DNA of 64,000 nucleotides from a virus: IMG/VR virus record IMGVR_UViG_3300020048_000012. One strand, written 5' to 3'. The position numbers and the translations under genes are program-made. A model generated the notes under the pieces. That model ran no database searches, was not told the origin of the DNA, and saw nothing but the letters and a program-made list of their open reading frames with translations. Below are positions 10,577 through 18,261 of the stretch, in pieces (the first letter of the stretch is position 1; each line of letters begins with the position of its first letter).

Positions 10577-12126
10577 TTAAATTTCCTTCGTTAATTTCGT
10601 TCGTCGCCTAGATAGTGGGGTGTTACTTATCGACCATTCAATGAATGACTGTAAAACTATTGCCCCAAGTTGATGGCTTATACCATTTTTGTTCACTAAA
10701 TCCAAATTCTTTTGCGATCGTAAGAGCTTCATTAAGAGTCTTATCATGCAATTTGCATTCGCTTTTCCACATCCCATCGTCCCATCGAAAACAAATTGTC
10801 GATAGAACGCAATTGTCATTAAATTGTTCGAGGTTTTTGCTATTCATTTCGATTCCTTATTTGATTTGTGCAATCATTTCTTTCAAACGAACGATCTGAT
10901 CTTGTTCAGCTTGCATGCAGCTATCAAAGATAGTCTGAGGAGCATCATACGTACCGGCATCCATAGATGCTTGACGAGAAGCAATGCTTTTTACATAACC
11001 ATTGATTAAGCGAGTAAGACGCTTGAATTCTTTTGATGTTTGGATAGAGGTTTTGCCTTCTTCCACACGTTCCCACTGAAGAACTAAACCCTTAGCATGC
11101 GTAGACTTTTCAACTTTAGTGACGCCCGCATCATCGCATGTATAGAACAATTGATATGAATTGCCATGCAAATGACCGCTCGTACTGTACTCGCCATCTC
11201 GACATTGGCTAAGCAAAAAGCTAGCCTGTTTATCACTCTTGAAAAAACCATTGTTAGTTTTTACTAAAGAAGCGAAAGAGATAGAGAGGTCCATTTGTAA
11301 TCCAGTCTGATTAATTAAATCTATTATACCATCAAATCTAATTAATGTACACCGTTTTTACGGCCAATGCGTTCAGCAATCTTCAACTTGATGAATTCAA
11401 GATGTTCATTGAACTTCATTTGAGGGTAGTCGACCACAGCCAATTCGAATTGTGTTCGAAGAGCGTAAAGTTGTGTCAAAGACTTGCTAGCATACTCTGC
11501 CTCAACATCATATGTGCGCGTGTTGTTCCCCATGATAAAGCCTTTTCAATGAACGTTAACTTGAATGACAACACATGGAACAACGTCAGGGTACGAAGGA
11601 TCCATATCTTCGGGAGTGAAACAATCAATGTTATCAATTGCAAATATTTTGCCGCCGCGATTGTCATTAACTTTGACAACGTAGTCCTGTGGCATGCTTT
11701 TGAGAATATCGATAAGGTCTGAGACTAGCATTTCAATTCCTTGTTTGTTTGTTAGATCAATTATACCACAAAATCTAATTGTTGTACACTACTTTATGCA
11801 GTGCTCGTACGTCCTTGTATGACTCGATGTATATGCCTACTCACTCAAGCAGTCTCGAGTCACATACGTCCTCTTACCTTGATACGGTATTAGAAAGAAT
11901 AGGTTTGTTTACAAACAGAGCTCCGGATTTGTATCTTAAGTATTAAACAGAATTGAAAAGAAGATAGATTATCTGTTCCGACCTTTGGTCGGCCGCTGGA
12001 AGAACTATTATTTAATATAGTTGTTTTCCAGATTGTAATACTGTTATTATACCATTCTTCATGATTTAATAAAATCTATTTGTGATACTGTATCATTTAG
12101 TATACAATTACATTGACCTAGAAACG

Positions 12127-12155
12127 ACAAAAGCCCGAATAAATTCGAGCTTTGT
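12127..12155 (-). terminator. Intrinsic terminator
   Basis: AGCTCGAA/TTCGGGCT stem followed by a T run. Confidence 0.75.
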
Positions 12156-12168
12156 ATTAAATATTTAA

Positions 12169-12339
12169 TTACTTTTTATCGTAAAGACTTAATCGTTCAT
12201 TTTCATCGGATAATTGTTTCTGTAAATTATCTGATTCTTTTTGTTTATCTTTTCCGAATATAGCATCCCATCGATTATCATATTCTTCTTGTGTCACACT
12301 ATATGGTCTTGGTTTAGACCCTTTTCCACCATCACTCAT
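12169..12339 (-). CDS. Small hypothetical protein (MSDGGKGSKPRPYSV..., 56 aa; below the ORF-track cutoff)
   Basis: Manual translation; ATGA overlap with the upstream ORF. Confidence 0.75.
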   Translation of the reverse strand: MSDGGKGSKPRPYSVTQEEYDNRWDAIFGKDKQKESDNLQKQLSDENERLSLYDKK

Positions 12340-12482
12340 TTTGATTCAACCTTAATAGTCTCGGCCAATGACTTTTGGAAACTATCTTCAGATAGTACGT
12401 GACTGCCATTACAATATCCAGACGCGCTGCGACCACAACTGCATAATTTTTTGACCTCGGTTAGCATAATTTTTTCGCTCAT
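12336..12482 (-). CDS. CDGSH-type iron-sulfur mini-protein (48 aa; below the ORF-track cutoff)
   Basis: Manual translation gives CSCGRSASGYCNGSH, matching C-x-C-x2-S-x4-C-(D/N)GSH. Confidence 0.75.
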   Translation of the reverse strand: MSEKIMLTEVKKLCSCGRSASGYCNGSHVLSEDSFQKSLAETIKVESK

Positions 12483-12490
12483 ATAGTTCC

Positions 12491-13120
12491 TTATAAGTAA
12501 TGACAGAATGTCGTCATGATATATTTAGGGTCGCTGATTGGTTTAAATCCACAATGTAGATATTGCCAAGTGCTCGGAAATATTAGCATACTTCCTTTCT
12601 TGGGTTGACAACTAAATCCCAATTTAGGAAATGCTGCGTCACCACCTTCAGGGATATCATTCAAATAATATAATGCAGTGATGAATCGACGGGCCGATGC
12701 GTAATCACCGACATCAGTATGTAACCCAAATCCATCTTTGCCATTATTCATTGTCCGATTAATTCTAAAATGCTCAAATCCGTATTTTTCTGGAATTCTA
12801 GTTGGAGCATCCTGTGCATCAATATCAATCATATATTCGCCAATAGCTCGAACAGTGTAGTTTACTACATGCGTGTGTAGATGTTTGAATAAAGGAATGT
12901 GTTGATTATCTGTGACATTCAATTGATCAAATCTAAAGTGGCCTTCGCCTTGCGCGTGAGTAACATGTAATTGAGAATTTTTATCATACAATTGCAATAA
13001 CTCATTGCATAAAGACGAAGGCAAAACATTTGGTTTATACGTGATATAGAACGCCAAATGCGTCTTATCAGGACGCCAAGTCATATAATCTTCTGGTGCA
13101 AGACGAATAATATCATTCAT
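12491..13120 (-). CDS. 2OG-Fe(II) oxygenase (prolyl-hydroxylase-like)
   Basis: H-x-D (LHTD), ALYYLND..EGG.AAF, distal H (YLHCG) and KY. Confidence 0.9.
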   Translation of the reverse strand: MNDIIRLAPEDYMTWRPDKTHLAFYITYKPNVLPSSLCNELLQLYDKNSQLHVTHAQGEGHFRFDQLNVTDNQHIPLFKHLHTHVVNYTVRAIGEYMIDIDAQDAPTRIPEKYGFEHFRINRTMNNGKDGFGLHTDVGDYASARRFITALYYLNDIPEGGDAAFPKLGFSCQPKKGSMLIFPSTWQYLHCGFKPISDPKYIMTTFCHYL

Positions 13121-13803
13121 AATTTTAAATTCCTAGAATACGCTTCAATTTCGACTAATAAATCATCTCTACAAATGTCTACATTTATAATTTTACCACT
13201 AATATTGTATTTTTGTAAAATATGTTTTACAACTTGATTTGATTCTTTATTCTTTACGTAGATAGTATACACTAAGTCTGAATTAGTTACACCCGATGTT
13301 GTCATCAATCTTCCGATATTATTAAGCGTTAAATCTATTTGACCAAACAAATCATCTTTATACCATGTTTCACTGCCACGAATACTGGCTGTGCCAGATA
13401 TCAATAAGTTATTGTCGTGTATTGCTGCTCGCGAAAATAATGGAACGCCATACACAGATGGATAATTGAATGGATCTATTTGATTTGTATTGCTAAAGAA
13501 ACGAGCTGGCGTTCGTGCTCGCGTATAGATGAGAGTGTATGTATCATCGAATGATCCTAAAGCACATGCAGTAGGATATTCCGTTACATTAAATTTAGTG
13601 AATATCTTTTTGCGAACTACATTGAATTTTGAGTATCGCTGAACGCCATCTTCATAACGAAGAATATCGGGTATAAAGTTTCTTATGTTGATAATGTATG
13701 GATATTCAGAATTGGGCGTAAACATTGCATTATACGCCCGTTCAATTTGTGATTCTATATCATATCCACTTATTTTGATTTTAGTAGTTTGATAATTTTT
13801 CAT
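13117..13803 (-). CDS. FkbO/Hyg5-family chorismatase-like protein
   Basis: NIRNFIPDI...RYSKFN..R, PTACALG, FSRA, LLISGTASI, DICRDDLLVEIE; start placed outside the tRNA gene. Confidence 0.8.
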   Translation of the reverse strand: MKNYQTTKIKISGYDIESQIERAYNAMFTPNSEYPYIINIRNFIPDILRYEDGVQRYSKFNVVRKKIFTKFNVTEYPTACALGSFDDTYTLIYTRARTPARFFSNTNQIDPFNYPSVYGVPLFSRAAIHDNNLLISGTASIRGSETWYKDDLFGQIDLTLNNIGRLMTTSGVTNSDLVYTIYVKNKESNQVVKHILQKYNISGKIINVDICRDDLLVEIEAYSRNLKL

Positions 13804-13813
13804 AATATTAAAA

Positions 13814-13889
13814 TGGTGGTCGGAAGAACACTCGAAGTTCCACATTTATCCGTATGAAGGATACTCTCTGCCTCTTAAGATACCCGACC
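13814..13889 (-). tRNA. tRNA with CAU anticodon (Met or Ile2)
   Basis: Cloverleaf; tatcc-ttCATac-ggata; CCA encoded. Confidence 0.85.
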
Positions 13890-13892
13890 AAT

Positions 13893-13967
13893 TGGTAAGT
13901 CGAATAGGATTCGAACCTATATTAAAGCCTTATAATGGACTCTACTCTACCGTTGAGTTATCGACTT
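13893..13967 (-). tRNA. tRNA-Ile(UAU)-like with 8-nt anticodon loop
   Basis: Good acceptor, D and T arms; gagtc-CATTATAA-ggctt. Confidence 0.65.
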
Positions 13968-13972
13968 ATTTA

Positions 13973-14116
13973 TTATAGTTTAGCACACTGTTCATACACT
14001 TTACCTTCACCTACACAAGGTATGAAGGCCCTCGAGGTAAATTCCGACTTTTCACATTTTCAGGTAATTACTCCTTACTTAGTGTTTCTCAGTTCGTGCA
14101 GTGCGCTAAACTATAA
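13973..14116 (-). ncRNA. Stem-closed ncRNA A
   Basis: 18-bp terminal inverted repeat ttatagtttagcacactg/cagtgcgctaaactataa. Confidence 0.65.
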
Positions 14117-14213
14117 CATATTAAACCATACTAACTGCCTAAGCCACAAGAGCTTAACCCTGCCCGTGATGTGAGCTACCTCATCTATCACGCACCCAGT
14201 GTGGTTTAATATG
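14117..14213 (-). ncRNA. Stem-closed ncRNA B
   Basis: 16-bp terminal repeat catattaaaccatact/agtgtggtttaatatg; internal hairpins. Confidence 0.65.
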
Positions 14214-14214
14214 C

Positions 14215-14310
14215 GAACTCATTGTAGGCAGGGGTCGAACCTGCACGAGGCGTCTATTTCCTCCGACCCTATGAGAGGTCTATGACTACCAATTCCATCA
14301 CTACGAGTTC
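14215..14310 (-). ncRNA. tRNA-like element (class II body, no CCA)
   Basis: GGAATTGGTAG D-loop, long variable arm, GCAGG-TTCGACC-CCTGC T arm, bulged acceptor gaactc/gagttc. Confidence 0.6.
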
Positions 14311-14359
14311 CTCAGGTGATCAGTCCCGAGAATGGTGAAGGGTAATTAATCCTTCGTTT

Positions 14360-14484
14360 ACCATATTTAAGCGTCTTAATATCTCTCATAGTTGACGCTA
14401 TAAGTTTTCGCAGGCCGTCAAACCCACCGAAATACTCTACGCGTTTCTTGCATAGAGTACCCCGTCAAGACACTTAAATATGGT
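14360..14484 (-). ncRNA. Stem-closed ncRNA C
   Basis: 18-bp terminal repeat that includes the ACCA of the upstream tRNA-Val. Confidence 0.65.
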
Positions 14485-14555
14485 GATTGAGATAAGAATT
14501 GAACTTATGACCTCAACGATGTCAACGTTGCGTTCTACCACTGAACTACTCAACC
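14481..14555 (-). tRNA. tRNA-Val(GAC)
   Basis: caacg-ttGACat-cgttg; CCA. Confidence 0.92.
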
Positions 14556-14630
14556 AAGTTATGATACACGTATCACTTCAATACGTATCCATCGACTTCC
14601 GTCGTGCTTTCTACAATATCTTAAGCTAGT

Positions 14631-14704
14631 ACCATATTAAAACACACACCTTGAACCTATGTTTCTCATCGTGTCCGCACAGGCGGGATGTGTTTTAATA
14701 TGGT
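14631..14704 (-). ncRNA. Stem-closed ncRNA D
   Basis: accatattaaaacaca/tgtgttttaatatggt; includes the ACCA of the upstream tRNA-Lys. Confidence 0.65.
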
Positions 14705-14774
14705 AGGGCTGCTCGGTAACGATCCGAGTTTTACGAGTTAAAAGCTCGTTACTTCACCTTAAAGTTTCAACCCC
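14701..14774 (-). tRNA. tRNA-Lys(UUU)
   Basis: acgag-ctTTTaa-ctcgt; atypical D and T loops. Confidence 0.85.
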
Positions 14775-14779
14775 ATGTA

Positions 14780-14854
14780 TGGTCCCGTGGCTCAGATTCA
14801 AACTGAGTTCTCTCGGCTTAAGAGGCCGGACTTCATCGTCAAAGTTTCCTCGGG
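14780..14854 (-). tRNA. tRNA-Lys(CUU)
   Basis: cggc-ctCTTaa-gccg; CCA. Confidence 0.82.
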
Positions 14855-15002
14855 TGTTACGTATTGAATTATCTTTTACGTGCACACTTTAGACCATACA
14901 TGGGATCTAAAGGGCACTATCGTTTAGCAGATGCTTTCATATAGTTTCCTTTTGTTTTAAAAATTAATTATACTCTAATTACGTATTATTGTACACTAAT
15001 TT

Positions 15003-15079
15003 TGGAAAGCCATGAGAGATTTGAACTCCCGACCTCTTCGTTCGAAGCGAAGTACTCTAGTCCACTGAGTTAATGGCTC
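15003..15079 (-). tRNA. tRNA-Arg(UCG)
   Basis: cttcg-ctTCGaa-cgaag. Confidence 0.92.
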
Positions 15080-15085
15080 ATTGAT

Positions 15086-15289
15086 TTACGCGTAAGAATA
15101 AAACGTCTTAGACTTACCTTTAGAATTAGTTACAACGCTTGTGTTAATCGCGTATCCATGTTCACGGATATCGCTAATGCGTGCGCGGACAGCATTTGGC
15201 GTAGTCTTAAGGCGTGATGCAAGTTGTGCGACGGTTTGTGTTTTGCCTTCAAGCACGAGAGTTTCAAAGATTTTGCGTTTAATCGACAT
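15086..15289 (-). CDS. Small winged-HTH DNA-binding protein
   Basis: TVAQLASRLKTTPNAVRARISDIRE.GYAI. Confidence 0.75.
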   Translation of the reverse strand: MSIKRKIFETLVLEGKTQTVAQLASRLKTTPNAVRARISDIREHGYAINTSVVTNSKGKSKTFYSYA

Positions 15290-15311
15290 AATATATCCTC
15301 TTATAATAAAA

Positions 15312-15385
15312 TGGAGTACTCATAGGGAATCGAACCCTATTACCCGGTTTTGCAGACCGTTGCCTATCCAACTGGCTCTGAGTAC
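15312..15385 (-). tRNA. tRNA-Cys(GCA)
   Basis: cggt-ctGCAaa-accg; U73. Confidence 0.92.
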
Positions 15386-15389
15386 AAAA

Positions 15390-15464
15390 TGGTGCCGCTC
15401 CTAGGTTTCGATCCTAGTACCAAGGAATTATGAGTTCCCTGCTCTCCCATTGAGCTAGAGCGGC
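15390..15464 (-). tRNA. tRNA with CAU anticodon (Met or Ile2)
   Basis: gggaa-ctCATaa-ttcct. Confidence 0.9.
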
Positions 15465-15469
15465 AAATA

Positions 15470-15792
15470 AAATTAACACTTCCACTGGACCAGCCTGGCG
15501 TACAGACTGCGGTGGCTCCACCGACAGAAACGTTTATCAGGATTTGAAGAACTTTGATTGCCTCGAGTCTTTCGACTTGTCAATGGCTAATCGTTGTGCT
15601 TTCATGATTTAAACGTTTATCTTTGACACTTAAACTTTGAACTTTAATATTTAAACGTTGAGGTTCCATATTGGTAGGCATTTCTGCCCGATAGTTCGTT
15701 GATTTAAAATATCAATGATTTGTCCATATTTTGATACTGAGGACAATAAGTAAGGCCGTTCTAATCTGTTCGGTCCAGCAAAGTGTTAACTT
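15470..15792 (-). ncRNA. ~320-nt structured RNA with 7-nt periodic repeats
   Basis: Terminal helix AAGTTAACACTT..GCTGGACC / GGTCCAGT..AAGTGTTAATTT; about six internal hairpins, two with GAAA loops; no ORF support. Confidence 0.8.
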
Positions 15793-16429
15793 AAAAACTG
15801 ATAGTTGTCTTGGCGTTAACCTCAGACAAAGTGAAATCCAATTCAGTATCGACAAGAGAAATTTCTTCCTCAAGTGCAGCAATCTTCTCAACAATGTTGA
15901 CTGGGTCAATCAATGCAGCTTCCTTCATAGCCTTCTGAGGCTTAGCAATTAGGTCATATGAACCTGCGTCCACCTTGGATTTATCGCTACCATAAATGGT
16001 CTTCAAGTTAGAGTCAATGTCTTGCTCCAACTTGGCGTTCAATTGAGACACAAGGCCTTGAGCACGAGTTTGTTGAAGACGCATAACATTCAACAGATTA
16101 CGCTTGCTGTCGATCGAACGCTTCATTTCGATAGCTTCTGCGACAGTCACTTCAATCGAACCAATCTTCACTGTCGTGACAGCATTGGACTTAACGATCG
16201 CAGCTTTGATTGCGGCACGTTCCTTAAACAGCGAATTCACAGTATCAAAAGAACTCTGGATCTTAGCCTTAGCCTGATCGACGGACAGTCCTGCCGTATC
16301 ATTGACCTTCATCTGAGCGTCTTTACCAACACTGACAGTCACAAACATACCGGCACTCGTCGCACGAGCAATACGGTCATCGAGACGCTTCAATTCAGCC
16401 AAAGCACGAGTTACAGACATTGTGTTCAT
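15791..16429 (-). CDS. Coiled-coil protein of unknown function (reminiscent of DIP1984-like proteins; unverified)
   Basis: SVTRALAELKRLD..., TVAEAIE, ELDF.LSE.NA.T.I; AAGGA RBS 7 nt before the ATG at 16429. Confidence 0.85.
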   Translation of the reverse strand: MNTMSVTRALAELKRLDDRIARATSAGMFVTVSVGKDAQMKVNDTAGLSVDQAKAKIQSSFDTVNSLFKERAAIKAAIVKSNAVTTVKIGSIEVTVAEAIEMKRSIDSKRNLLNVMRLQQTRAQGLVSQLNAKLEQDIDSNLKTIYGSDKSKVDAGSYDLIAKPQKAMKEAALIDPVNIVEKIAALEEEISLVDTELDFTLSEVNAKTTISF

Positions 16430-16461
16430 TTTCATTTCCTTCATAGTTAAACGTTGATTAT

Positions 16462-16540
16462 TGGTACCCAAGAGGAGACTCGAACTCCTAACTTTTCTTC
16501 GTTCTTAGCGAAGCGCCTTTTCCAATTTGGCAACAAGGGC
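16462..16540 (-). tRNA. tRNA-Leu(AAG), with mismatched acceptor stem
   Basis: cttcg-ctAAGaa-cgaag; two U-U mismatches in the acceptor. Confidence 0.7.
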
Positions 16541-16546
16541 ATTATA

Positions 16547-16621
16547 TGGTACCTCTGCCAGGAATTAAACCTGGATCTGAACCTTCGCAGGGTTCTGTGA
16601 TATTCATTTCACTACAGAGAT
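16547..16621 (-). tRNA. tRNA-Arg(GCG)
   Basis: gaacc-ctGCGaa-ggttc. Confidence 0.85.
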
Positions 16622-16628
16622 AAATTCA

Positions 16629-16774
16629 TTATTGTTAAGAGTTATCATGCAAATTTAGGAGTGAGGTGCTTCCTCTCCAAAGCCGATGCAGTTATATTAG
16701 GATCAGTCGCCGGCCGCTTTGACCCGAATAGATTACACGTCTGTAATCGATACCTTGATAACGCTTAACAATAA
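16629..16774 (-). ncRNA. Stem-closed ncRNA E
   Basis: 19-bp terminal repeat ttattgttaagagttatca/tgataacgcttaacaataa; internal hairpins. Confidence 0.65.
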
Positions 16775-16846
16775 TAAAACACATTAGGAGTCCTATGGAG
16801 GGGAGATTATGACCTTCGGAACAACCCTAAGAACTAACGTGTTTTA
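16775..16846 (-). ncRNA. Stem-closed ncRNA F
   Basis: taaaacacattag/ctaacgtgtttta. Confidence 0.6.
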
Positions 16847-16853
16847 ATAAATC

Positions 16854-16982
16854 AGAGGCTGGTCTAAGATGTCACAGAATCGAACTGTAAAACCATCATC
16901 TTAAAGAGCGCGGAGTTTCTAGCTACTCATTGCTCCACTCGGCCGAGTTAACCCGTTACATGCGCTAACACATAACACCTCT
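16854..16982 (-). ncRNA. ncRNA G containing an isolated T-arm module
   Basis: TAAGATG...ACAG-TTCGATT-CTGT..CATCTTA inside an AGAGG/CCTCT closure. Confidence 0.55.
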
Positions 16983-16987
16983 AAACT

Positions 16988-17065
16988 TGGTGTGAGCATC
17001 CGGATTCGAACCGGAGTATCTGAGTTGGCAACCCAGGACATTAGACCAAACTATGCTATGCCCAC
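16988..17065 (-). tRNA. tRNA-Gly(GCC)
   Basis: ctggg-ttGCCaa-ctcag. Confidence 0.88.
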
Positions 17066-17072
17066 GAAAATA

Positions 17073-17147
17073 TGGTGCTCCCATAAGGACTTGCGCCCTA
17101 CTCTGAGGCTTACAAAACCCCTGCATCGCTATCTATGCTTTGAGAGC
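17073..17147 (-). tRNA. tRNA-Thr(UGU), atypical loops
   Basis: ggggt-ttTGTaa-gcctc. Confidence 0.75.
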
Positions 17148-17154
17148 AGATCCA

Positions 17155-17240
17155 ACTGTGAACTTATGCTAAGCCGTTGGCGCTTTCGCAGCCAGATCAA
17201 GGTTCTGGAAGACCTAAATTGGTGGGATCAGTTTCACAGT
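17155..17240 (-). ncRNA. Stem-closed ncRNA H
   Basis: actgtgaa/ttcacagt closure with two internal hairpins (one GAAA loop). Confidence 0.5.
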
Positions 17241-17274
17241 CGTCCCGGCGTGTAGGATATACTACAACTATATC

Positions 17275-17345
17275 TGGATGCGGGTGAAGGGCACGATCCT
17301 TCTGGGCCGAGCTTATGAGACTGGCCGATCACCTGAATACCCGCA
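17275..17345 (-). tRNA. Degenerate CAU tRNA lacking a D stem (initiator-like acceptor)
   Basis: TGCGGGT/ACCCGCA acceptor, ctCATaa loop, CCA. Confidence 0.55.
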
Positions 17346-17401
17346 ATATTTTGTTTATTGATTAATTATACAACAATTTCTATTTAATAGAAAATCTAAT
17401 T

Positions 17402-17476
17402 TGGCTCCCCAGGAAAGGTTCGAACTTCCGACCAAGTGATTAACAGTCACCTACTCTACCACTGAGCTACTAGGGA
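17402..17476 (-). tRNA. tRNA-Asn(GUU)
   Basis: gtga-ctGTTaa-tcac. Confidence 0.93.
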
Positions 17477-17486
17477 ATAATAAAAA

Positions 17487-17574
17487 TGTAGTGTAACTGG
17501 AGTCTTAATTACCAGTATAGCGCAGGCGCACGCGGGAGACTAATCATCTCAGGCAAGTGATAACGCCTACTACA
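17487..17574 (-). ncRNA. Multi-hairpin ncRNA I
   Basis: tgtagt/actaca closure with three to four hairpins. Confidence 0.45.
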
Positions 17575-17578
17575 AAAT

Positions 17579-17664
17579 TGGCTCCACGGGTAGGGATCGA
17601 ACCTACGATTGTCAAAAGACGACTGGTTAACAGCCAGCTGCATTACCTCTCTGCGCACCGTGGA
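17579..17664 (-). tRNA. tRNA-Asn(GUU) with long variable arm
   Basis: ctgg-ctGTTaa-ccag; gtc-tttt-gac variable hairpin. Confidence 0.85.
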
Positions 17665-17752
17665 ATAAAATTCATTGAATCGATTCGGAATTTAACCGCT
17701 CTGTTTCCTCTTTCGAGTGAAGGCTCGTTCGACACCTCCCAGATCACTTATT

Positions 17753-17826
17753 TGGTTGGTCTGTTACGAATTGAACGTAAATCGGTCGCTTATAAGGCAA
17801 CTGCTCTCCCATTGAGCTACAGTCCA
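17753..17826 (-). tRNA. tRNA-Ile(UAU)
   Basis: gttgc-ctTATaa-gcgac. Confidence 0.88.
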
Positions 17827-17834
17827 ATAAATTT

Positions 17835-17909
17835 TGGTACCTGGTGTTGGTTACGCTCCAACTACAAACGCCTTATCAAGACGCTACCTCGCTATTCGGT
17901 CTACCAGGC
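17835..17909 (-). tRNA. tRNA-Ile(GAU)
   Basis: gcgtc-ttGATaa-ggcgt. Confidence 0.82.
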
Positions 17910-18178
17910 ATGCGGACCCAGATTTATGTCATTAGGCCCATTAGACAGAGGTCTCTTGAGTTTAGATAGTCAAGCTATCAAAGCGAGTTGGAGACACTGC
18001 TTATACATTTGAGTTCCCGTTTGTCATTGTGGCACGGGTCGCCTTGACGTCCTCAAAAAGGTTCTCAGAAACTGTGTTAACAGTCTTGTCTCGTAAGAAG
18101 GAGATCTTGCGTGTTCGTGTGAAAAAGCCCAATCAGTTGGCACTACTTGCGACTCGACTTCTACGTCTATCTGAAATT

Positions 18179-18255
18179 TGGAGCGTCCACCCGGATTCGA
18201 ACCGGGACCATCAGCTTGGAAGGCTGTCATGCTAGCCGTTAAACACCATGAACGC
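18179..18255 (-). tRNA. tRNA-Gly(UCC)
   Basis: cagc-ctTCCaa-gctg. Confidence 0.93.
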
Positions 18256-18261
18256 AAAACT

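Noticed and set aside
13803-13845. Track start of the Hyg5-like ORF at 13845; likewise the long starts for rnh, rnlA, nadR and gene 52
   Set aside because: They fall inside a tRNA or an upstream gene; downstream starts fit better.
14117-14213. SRP domain IV resemblance (CAGG...GCAG)
   Set aside because: The register of the symmetric loop and the GNRA tetraloop do not fit.
14880-14920. Riboswitch-like hairpin (GTGCCCTTTAGA...TCTAAAGTGTGCAC)
   Set aside because: A single hairpin after a promoter; no recognisable aptamer consensus.
17670-17750. Selenocysteine or suppressor tRNA (TTCA in a loop)
   Set aside because: No acceptor stem or CCA; the loop resembles the CCTTCAC Glu loop, so it is probably a decayed tRNA.
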